A DNA stretch of 54,706 nt, counting the filler, from Sphacelaria rigidula (taxonomy: Eukaryota): assembly GCA_964200075.2 (NCBI GenBank). It is 4 parts of 4 records of this genome, joined end to end, with 100 filler letters (N's around TTAATTAATTAA, not from the genome) between each part and the next. Parts side by side here need not be neighbours in the genome. Positions count along the whole stretch, not along the records: positions 1 to 13,603 come from CAXNAA020002772.1; 3 more parts are not named here. One strand, written 5' to 3'. Under the pieces are notes generated by a model. It searched no databases. It saw nothing but the letters and a program-made list of their open reading frames with translations, and was not told where the DNA came from. The position numbers were made by a program, and so were the translations under genes. This document shows positions 1 through 10,500 of this stretch, one piece after another. The first letter of the stretch is position 1. Every line of letters starts with the position of its first letter.

Positions 1-284
1 CCCCCCTGCCTGCCCCGAGCTATGCTATTGATAGCCTTTGTGGTTCCATGTTGTGTTCTGTGGTACAGTTTGACCTCAACATACAGTATACAATCCCAAG
101 AGCAGTTACGAAGAACACAGCACCAGCACGAGTCGTCGCCGCATGCTCGAGGGAGTTTTTGGGGAAACTCCGGCAGCGCACTCTGCAGTCCTCGGAAGGT
201 TCGGTACAGCATGGCACAACGCGCAGCTGCGCGCCTACAGTGATTCTCCGATTGTAGCTGTTTATTCTCCCATGATGCATACAG

Positions 285-665
285 CATGACTCACGCGACT
301 CATGTTCATGTTTTCCACCTTGCGTTCGTGAGCATGGGCCATGGATACATGCTTCCCACCTTCCATCGTGAATCAAGCGCATATGCATCTCGTATTTCAT
401 CCGTGCAGCATGAATCATGGGCACGCGTTCTGCATCTCCCATTCGTACGAGGGGAATCACACGTACATATATCCCAATTTCCGTTCATGCAAGACGAATC
501 ATACGTACCTGTTCTCCGCCTTATATCCATACGAGGCGAATCAAGCGTATGTGTTCCCCATTCTCCGCTGATGTAGCATGAATCATACATGCATGTTCCC
601 CACCTTCCATTCATACGAAATGAATCATACGTAAATGTATCCCACCCACGATTCATACACAAATT
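285..665. repeat. Degenerate 42-bp tandem array with a conserved GAATCA core
   Basis: GAATCA starts at 370, 412, 454, 496, 538, 580 and 622, an exact 42-bp spacing. Confidence 0.9.
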
Positions 666-1421
666 GTGATCCGTAAACATTTTGCACTCTCGATTCGTCT
701 GATACTACTTGGAGTCAAAAATATTCCCAGTTTGTGATTCATGAGGTATAATCTTGAACATACAACTTCACCAGCCGTGATTTATACCGGATGATTCTTT
801 GGTACATTATTCAAATTCAACATTCATGAGGAGTCAACCCGTATAAGCTCTCTTTCATCCGAACCGTAGAACCTTTACACGGAGGCAACAGGCGGCCATG
901 GCAGATGCATATGCGTGTTTGCTGTTTCATGCGCTGTAGAAGGGCGCAGTTTAGTGTCAAAATTGGGCGGCAGACATGCTCTGTGGATTACTATACAGCC
1001 CTGGTCGTGCCCAGGCGTGTTTTTGCTCAGATGATAATCTGTTAGTACAAGTGCGATATGGTGGATTATAACAAAGTAGCCTGCGTAAACCTCCCTCCTC
1101 ATCCCCCCTTCCGCACCCTGGGCGTTTTTCGGGCGTTTTTTGGGCGAAACGGGTCTTTTGTGGTCATGACTCCGGGAGATTGTGGGTACGAGCTCCCTTG
1201 TAACGATCACAGTAAAGTGACAACAAGCGGTACGAAAAGGAAATGGCAGGACTCTGCCGCAAGGCAGAGGCCTGCGGAAATCCTGCCCCATCGTAAATGA
1301 TGCGGTGCGAGTACAAAGTTCACGACTTGATCGTATCGCAAGCGCTACACTATACCCCACAAGAGTAGCCTGCCGGTGCCTCATCCTTCATCGTCGCCAT
1401 GCGTTGCTGCTTGCGTCTTCG

Positions 1422-1454
<33 letters not shown>

Positions 1455-1455
1455 A
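1422..1455. repeat. (TGC)n microsatellite
   Basis: Directly visible. Confidence 0.95.
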
Positions 1456-1523
1456 TGTACACGTATTTTCGTATGCAGATGCACCCCGCGCGCTTGTGTC
1501 GTAACCCGTTGATGTTGTCCCAG

Positions 1524-4500
1524 ACTCTGGATGAACAGAGGCAAGAAGAGTTGCGCGATTGCGCAGACGTTGCGACCTCTCTCAGGTCAAGGAAGCAACG
1601 ACAACTGCGGCGGATAGCGCAGGTGTGTGTATGTGTGTGTGGCGGGGGGGGAAAGGGAGCAGCTGGCTAGAGGTTCGTGTTCAGTATTGCACATATTCTT
1701 GGTTTCATGCTTTTGGCGTAGTACCGTAAAACTCTTTGTCGTGGCACCGGGTGCGAAGTGAAAGTGACAGATCGTACGGTACTATGAGAGAGGGGGGCGC
1801 CACGACAGAGACGGGGGTGGGGGGGGGGCTCGGTAGATCAAGAACACGGGCGGGAGCATGGAAAACCCAGGCGAAAACCAAAGAACGCGCAACAACCGGC
1901 ATTCTGATGGTAGGACAGCGCAGGACAGTAACGGAAGCAAAGGTGGAGCTGACTGTTCTTTTTCGGCTTCCGTTAGTACTAAGGGATACTACGTAGTGTG
2001 GAGGGGTGTACCCTATTCCGCCCTTTTGTTTTACTCCTTGGAACGGTGAAAGTCGACAACGCCAAGAAAAATACAAGCGCCTGCATCCATGCCGCTCTCT
2101 CATGCAGATCCAACCGTAACGTGCCATCCAGTGAAGACATCCACTTGAAGCAATCCACTTGAAACGGATGTTCATAGAGGCTGTTTAAAGTAGTGTCCTC
2201 ACTCGCATCCACCTTTATTGTCGCACCCGGTTCCATGACAAAGGGACAGGATACGATTTCTCCCCGCTACACTTTCAACTCCCCCTCCCCTTCTTCGAGA
2301 CGAGTCCGTGATCTCAAGGGATCAACGCCTCTCTCCTCCGGTGTATCAATGTTATTCAGTTCTATAATCTATTCTTACCTTCGGAAGATAGATCCAAGTC
2401 TCAAATTGGCATTACGCCGGGGGGGCGTTTTTCATTCCCCCCAAGCGTGTGTATATACTGATTTTACGCTTTATACTAGAAGTTCATCAGTATACAATCA
2501 CTGTATATTGACAGGTGAAGTACATCTTCGGCAGGTGCCCAAAACCTTCTGGAGGAAGGTATATAGCGCAGGGGTACATTTCATGCACGAAGCAGGTCTA
2601 TGTATGTGTTGATTTAATGCGATGGAGCTTACTGTTTTCTGGTGTGAATAACCATCCCGCCATAGTTCGTATTCCAAGTTTCTTATCATCCATATCTTCA
2701 CTGTGGACCTGCGAGCAATCATTCGTATCTTGTACAGCTGCTCCCTTGTACCTCTGCGTCACGTTGGAGGTAGAGTTCATGAGGTTTGAGCGTGCTTGAT
2801 TAAACGTTTCAGTTCTTCGGTGTAAGACTATCTTGTGTCGAGCACAAAACCGCTTCCTACGATACCACCCGCTGAACCTGTGCCTTTTAGGAGAGACGCA
2901 GATGGACGCTGTAGCTGCAGTGCTGCAGTGTTTTTATACCACTACAGACTAATGTACCGGTATTTCACTCTTCATTTTGCTCAGTGGCCTCGTTCTTGCT
3001 CCCCCGTAAAACTGTAGGCCACGTGACTATTGCAAGATTGATTATAGACCAAGATAGAACCTGCTGCCCATGTCTTATATCATGAGGAGACATGGATTTG
3101 CTCAGCGTTGACGGACCACGGTTCTCTTGATCGTACGCGTTTGTGACATGCAGTTTTTCCCTCGCGTTTTTTATGACGACTAGTGACCAAACTTCGAAAA
3201 CGCGTGAATATCGAGGGAAAGCTCTGCAGTAGGCCTTGGCATGTTATTATACGCACTGCGCCATGACACGAACGCACAGAAGAGGCCGATCAGCATTCAC
3301 ACGTGGTCAAGATTTCGAATGGCCATCTACCTGCTCAACCACTTCCGTTCCATTCCAGATAGTCTTTCAAGCGTAGACGCCGTCTAGGAAAATGTGACAC
3401 CGTCTATGCAAACACGCACGAGTCGTACCACTCAGGTAACCGCAAACATTCGCTTCGCTGGGTGGCACATTCTGACACGAGCCCCAACTTTAGGCTCTCC
3501 TGGACGAGGAGGAGATGGAGGCCGAACGGGAGAGCTTCCGCCTGGGGACAGGGGATAGCGCCCAACTTGGGGGCGGGCAAGGTAGTGACGGCATTATACC
3601 GGAATCTGACAGAGTTTGTAATACGATCGCGTCGACAGTCAGCGGGTGCAACTTTTTCGCGCCCGAGTTCATGTTTGGGCAGTAGACTCTGGCAGTATGA
3701 TACAGTTGTACTGGAGCTTTGGTGTATGTTGTTTCGTTTGCACGTTCTCGTCGCCATCCATGCCTCGTGTTGGAAACCTTTCTATTTGATTTGATTGTCC
3801 CACATTCACTGATCCTCGCGAGACCCCGCCGTGGTCACAAGATAGACGCGTTCGTGGTGAACAAAGCGATACGCTCGCTGAAGAAACAAACGTGAGCAAA
3901 AGGAGCGAACTCAGAAACCAAGACCAAGATGAAACAGAAGAAGAAATAAACGGATAAGTAGAAAATATGAAGAAGAAAAAACTCCACCGAAATTTACCTA
4001 GAGATGGCCGGCCCCTGTAGCATGACTTTAGGTGAAAAATACCGTGCGCAGAGAGTACGCGCTCCCATCCACAAAGCGCAAACAACGAAGCCGTGGGAGC
4101 AGATTATGCCTCAGCTATTTCGGACCATACTACTGGGGCATGAGCTCTCACCTATGAGCCCTACGGAAGGAAGACACCAAAGTGCTACTGTAAAACACCG
4201 AGAGGAAGAAAAAAGCGAGAGGAAAAAAAAATATATATATATGGAGAAATACAGATAGACCAGAGAAGAAGGAAACTAAGAAAGCAAGGAAACCCAAGGG
4301 CCCTAGTAGAGTATGTTCATGAGCACAAACAGGGGAACACCGCAGGACAAGAGGCCGAGGACGAAATCAACGACCGATAATAGAGGACAGGCGTGGATCA
4401 GTTTCCGTGTTAACCCAGCTTCCCACATTCGTCCCTAATCGGGTACAAAGCTTGACAATCTCTTGACCACTTCCATCCTTGACTCCTCGCGCGCTGTCGC

Positions 4501-7500
4501 TATTGTTGCGTCAGCGGTAGAAGTTCTCCAATTGGCGGCTCTCGATGCAGCAGCCTCTCATTTGTGGCAACGGTGCGGTTAAATCGCCAAGCCACGAATG
4601 CTTATTAAGACGCTATTGTGTACGAACGTTCAAAATGTACTACTAATTCAGGCGGTGATGGGTGTAATACCCCTTCCTGGTCGACCCGAGATCGACCGAC
4701 GACTTGCGATGGCGCGACCTTTGCTGATAGGCCCTGCTCTACTGAAAGCGTGCGCGACGTGGCAGCCCGCATTAACGGCAGCTCAACGGCGGTGCGTATG
4801 GCGACAAACGGAAACAGTATTGCAGATTCATCACATGCGGAGGACGAAACTGCCCGTCGGCAAGAGCAGCTTTCCACCTGGTGTGTCCTCAAATAGTGGA
4901 CAACGCAGTTCCAGCTCGTGTTGAAGCCTGCTCGGAATCCTCCTTGTCTTGGGTGGCAAAACACCGGCTATGTTTCGGCAAATAGAAATGTAGCAGCTCC
5001 GCTGTTGCTTGGTGCGGCATCATGATTTTGACTTGTGATCATACGAACACGGCGGCAGCGTGTAACGCGGGGTTTGCAGTTCCACACATCAATGCCCGAT
5101 GGAGTATGTTGTATGTCCACCCCCTTGGAGCTGTAGACACGAGAAAAGCTGCACTACACATGTGGTGTAGCTGTCAGCAGTGGTGTGTAGAGCTTGTGCC
5201 TTTTGAGGCTGTTCGGTGCAGATTGTACCTGTCTTGAACATGCGGGAGACAGCCGTTTTTCACCTGCTCGTCTACCTTCTCGACCGAACCAGGTTTGAGC
5301 ATGCACGATTACAGCTCGTTGCCCTCAGTACGAGTCCAGAGGACGAAGAATACTTTCTCAGTTCCCGCCGTTTCTGGAGCAAGAAAGAACTGGAAGTGGG
5401 AGAAAATAGGGGCTCCAGCAGCGGTCCGATATCTCAATCGCAGAGACGGCTCCAAACGTTGCCTAGGTGGAGGGGTGGTAGGTACCGAGGTAGCCTTGGT
5501 GTGGCGCTAGCACGAAGCGTTTCGACTGGAGCTGTCGACGTACGAACCGGGCAGCGGCGAATATCCAGGAGGATAGCTTGCACGGGTAGGGCACGTGGCA
5601 ACGTTTGCCGACACGGCCGGCGTTCGCACTCCGCTGTTTATCATCGTTTACGCTCGGGCAATCGGCATGAGAGCGGGGATACGGATAGGACAATCGGTGA
5701 TGGGGGTTGTGTGGGTGAGAATCGAGAAGGCGAGCTCGACCGCGACCGCGGTGATACTCGATTACGCACCACGCCGGGGAATGCTGATTCCAAGCGAAAT
5801 CCAGATTCCGCGGAAACACAGCGACTCTCGGTTGCTAACCATGGCTCCGCGGCCCTGGCGTGCATCACCTCTGCCGATATCGAGCAACTGTTGCTGGAAG
5901 TAAAGCCCACGAACGCAACCACTGTAGTTTGTGCCGCGGTGGTCTTTCTACTTTCGTCGGACGATAAGGTGCCTGCGGATTTTCGCTGGCCGCAGGGTTT
6001 CGCGGCGGTGGCTCGACGTGCTGACGATTTTTTGGCGAATTTGCGGGAAAAGTCCGGCAAAGTAGTCAGTCCCTTCAAGGCCCAAGTTCTACAGTTTGTG
6101 CTCCAAAGAGAAGACATTATGCCCATGGCGATAGAGCGGCAGGGTGGGCACACGGTAGCGAGGTGTGTTGTTCGATGTGGAGCGGTTGATGTGTCCTATT
6201 TCCTCTCCACTACCGCGGATCTGCACATGTCAGCTGTCCTCACAGCAAGTGATAAATACACTTGCGAGACGTTCCTGGGCATCTGACTGATCAGGAACCT
6301 GGGTAGTTGACGAACGTCTGAGCCAAAGGTCCGAACCGATTTCTTCTTTTGCTTGTGTCGTTTTTCTCATCAATGATACAGTGCGTTACTCTCACGCGTT
6401 GCCCTGCCTGCACTTGTAAACTGTTTTTCCCTTTCAAGCCTTTGTGCTTGGGCACTCGAAGAGCTTCGAGATTGCGAGGAATTTATTGCGTGGAGTGCGG
6501 CCGCACTCGAACCGTGGTACGAGACGCAAGTAAACAAAACAAGCGTGGCAGGACCTGCAGTACCGGATATAGCTGAGGGTCCCTGTGCTGGCGCCCGACC
6601 GTTGCACAAGTCTCTCCACGCCTTGTCGCACGGGCAGGGCTCGTACGTATTGACGTTGTTCGAAGGGGGCATGACTGGGGATGATGCACTAATCGTTCGA
6701 GCATTTGATCGCGCCAAACGAGAGACGTTCTGGCTGCCCCTCTCGCGAAGCCAAGTGGTGTCTCTAGGTGGAAATATTGCAGGACGCTCGCCTGCTGATG
6801 TTGTGCACGCCCTGGCCAGGAGGCAAGTATATTGCTTGAAAAATGTGCGTGGGTGGCGGGTAAGTTGAGTGGCGGGGTGCGAGGTAGAGATCGTACCATA
6901 CGAACCTATAGTCTGATCGCATTTGGCGTGTACTGGCCACGCACTGACAGGCCATGATGGCGGAACAACAGAGTGTGGTTGTTTCGAACAAGTGGAGGTA
7001 CGGTTTAGCCGTGTGTCTCCGCGCTGCTGGTCTCTGGACGACCGTGCCCCTGTCTATGTTGATGATGGGTGTTTCGAAGGAGGACGATCATGTATGTGGT
7101 AGTCGTCGATTCATGTCAGCACGAAAACTCGCCTCCGTTGCGCCCTCGACTTTTTCTTCCCTTGTCATCCTTGACCTGTCAGGCTGAGGATAAAAGTAAA
7201 CGGTGCTACGAACGTCAATCGCTTGATTTTACCACCTGTTAAACCCGTAGACAGCAAGGGCAAAGGCGAAGGTCGACACGGTAAAGACTCACCCGCCAGG
7301 GGAACCCGAAAGCGACCCCGGCCGCACGATAAGCACACGGAAAAAACAGCTATTTCAGCCACGGCAAAACCTGCTGTTAAACCAGAGGTTGGTACATCGA
7401 CGATGAATAGGCAAGGCGGAACGGGGATGTTGGGTTATTATGGTACGGAAGGCATACCCTCCGTTTTTTTTGTATGGTGCAACCTCTGCGTTAAGTGGGA

Positions 7501-10500
7501 GGAGTACCTCTGTTATCTTCCTTTAGCAGAGGTTGTCGGGGTATCGCTGATTCAGCATACTTGTGTGTGCCTCCGAGGGGTTGACAATGGTCTACGCAAC
7601 ATATCCCACGACAGGAATTTGATAGCATCAGGAAAATATGCGATTGAACTACAAAGTGCGCCTCATGATCCTATAGCCCTCGCAAAGTGCGGCGGTGCGT
7701 AGTCCTTGTGCAGCTTCTAATGTATTGCCCTCCGTCCTCTTGTCTCTTACAGACGGACACGAACAAAATGATAGTTTCCCCGGCGAACGCCCCTTCCCAA
7801 AAGAGATCGGATAACCTTCCCGGGCGAAGAAAGTCTCACGCGTCTTCGGTTCGAACAGCGAGCGTCGATGGGCTTGGACTATTGATGGAGGGCGACGGTG
7901 AGAGCGGCGAGGACATTATGGGGAACATGGGGGACGCCGGTCGGTCACCGTCGTTGGAGGTTTCGAGATCTGTCGTGGATACACATGAGCATGAATCTGC
8001 TGAGGTTCCATTGACCGCAGTGGTTGCCACCACTCTCGCGGGGAATATCGCCGATGGCCAAGGAGAGGTGGGTACTATTTCATGTTCTCCAAGAGTGCTC
8101 GGATCAGAGGGCTGTAGGAACTGGCGACCTCAGGCGTCCTCAACGCAAGGGGAGAACACGCCGGCAGGGTGAATTCGGATTGGTGCAATGCAATGCTGTG
8201 GTCGCGAAGTATCGGAGGCATGCTAAGATACCATGAGTACCCTTGTATATAGTTTGAGTCATTGGGTTGAACCTACGCACGTAACAAGACTCCAAGCGGG
8301 CCTGAAAATGAGTGTGTGGGATGCTTCGTGTGCTGTATCAAGTAAGACCATGCGTATGGTGAACAAACCCAGTACTCATGACTTGGTATGCCAACGAACG
8401 TGCATACCTGCAGTATAATCTATAATTTTCTTCTCAAGGCCACATCACTTTCCGTTCCTGCATTTCACCATACTTGTGTCGAGGAAGGATGGCTTTAGTC
8501 GGTGTCAGAAAAGTTTCGACGACGAGGATGATCCGGACGGAAGTGCCTTGCATGAACCGGGAAGCTCAACCCAGCATTCATTTGAGGCAGAAAAAAAAGC
8601 TTCTGTATCGACAAACGCCACGGAAACCGCAACTTTAGCCGTGAGTGCCACAACCACTCCCTCAACAAAAGACACGAAGCAGATAATGGGGGACAAACAG
8701 GGGGAAGGAAGCGGAAGTGCGGTTGTCATGGACAACACCAGTTATGGTGATGACTTCGCTGATTGCGGCGACGACTCGAAGACACAAGGGACCCCCGATC
8801 AGAAAACCTGTGCTTCAGCGTCAAATCCTTCGAGCAATCCCAGTGTTGGCGGAGAAGAGTTTGCAGAAGAAGTGGCGGGCTTGGCCCCAGATGGCGAGGA
8901 GACTGAAGCGGTTTTCGTAGGTGTCGAATTGGAAAGCGCGGGCGCGGCGGATGACGTCTGCCTACGTGGCTGTCTTCAGGGTGTTGAGCCGGCGGATGCT
9001 AGCAGCGGCGACCTCGAAGTAGCGCTGGAGGATAAGGTCAAGTCAACTGATGAGGGTGAGGAGTCAGGCGACGAGCACATACTGCAGGGACCACAGGTCA
9101 ATGAGATGTTACAAGGTGGGGAGAAAGATGCTGTCCATATGCCTATCGATGAAGCGACGGGATGGGTTGAGGAGGACAAGGATGGTGACTATGGCGACGA
9201 ATTCGAAGAAGATGTCAATGCCAATGAAATTGAGACAGCAACGACCGCTGAAGGAATGGAGCAGCAACGGCAATCGACGGAGGTCGGATCGGCACACGTC
9301 ACGGAGCAAGCGTTCGAATCGGCAAGCGCGGTCCATAGCATGGAGAACGGTGTGGACGAGTCTTCGGCTGCGCGCATACAACTGGTACGGACCTCAGAGG
9401 CCGGGAAAGTGGGAGGTGAGTCCGTCGCAATAACCGCTGGGGGGACGGGAGAGAGCGAGCAGGCGGACGATTTTGATTACGGCTTCGACGATGAGTTTGG
9501 TGGGGGGGAGAGGGATAACCCTACCCGCGAAAGTGAGCAAGAAGGCGGTGTGTCTCAGTTGCCAACGGATGTAGGAGATAGTTATACCTTCCGGGGAAGC
9601 GATGTATGGGACGGGGGTAGTGGTGATACCGTATCTGATGATGTGGAGCTCGAAGAACCGGATGAGTATGAAGATAACGACTACGGCGAAGAAAATGACT
9701 TCGAATCCGATGTGTCACTTCAAGCGCAAAATCGACCGACCGCATCGGCCAATGAGTTTGAGCACCAACTTTCGCGGGGTAAAGATAGTGAACCCGAGGT
9801 TCTGGAAACCAAACCAGAGGAAGATTCCTATGGAGCCGATGTCAAGCGCGACTTGAGCGTACAGAAAGATGAGCTTGCCGTAGAAAGTGACGAGGGAAAT
9901 GATCGTGCGAATCGCCGACCACCAGAAAATACAAGGCTAGCGGCCCGACAAGATATTTCCATTGGTGGTCTGTCCGACGACGCCGCAGGGGCAAAACGGC
10001 TTTCGGAAAAGGGCGAGGAGGGGGAAGAGGAACAAGAGTATGCGGACGATGACTTTGGAGATGTTGATCTTCTGGAGCACAACTTCCCAGACGGGGCAGC
10101 GGAGTCTCAATTTACGCAGGGTTCAGTCGAAACCACTTGTTTAACTCAATCTACTGACGCTGTGATCGTTAACGGATTCTCGAAGGGGTCATGCGGCGAT
10201 AAAAACGATTCCGTGAAGGAAGAAATTGATAGCCTTGGGCCCGGAAATGTGCCTCCTCCAGAAGAGCAATACGGTGCACCCGACAGCACGGAATGGACCT
10301 CTGATGGCATTACGAGGTGTGATGACACAGGGTTGCATGAGGCCGCCGGTGCCGAAGACAGTAGCTCTCTCGAGGCGTACTACCCGTCGGACCTCGACAG
10401 CTCGCAATTGGAAAAAGGAGAGGTGGGCACAGAATCATATACTGAGGGCGACTTTGAGACGGACGGGGGCGAGTCAGCACCGTCAAGCATCACAGGCGTA

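Noticed and set aside
285-665. CRISPR-like repeat-spacer array
   Set aside because: The invariant part is only 6 bp, the intervening sequences are related to each other, no cas genes are present and the context is eukaryotic.
2500-2800. Copia reverse transcriptase/RNase H remnant (PPEGF) on the minus strand
   Set aside because: Only a short motif with no supporting catalytic motifs; cannot be supported by eye.
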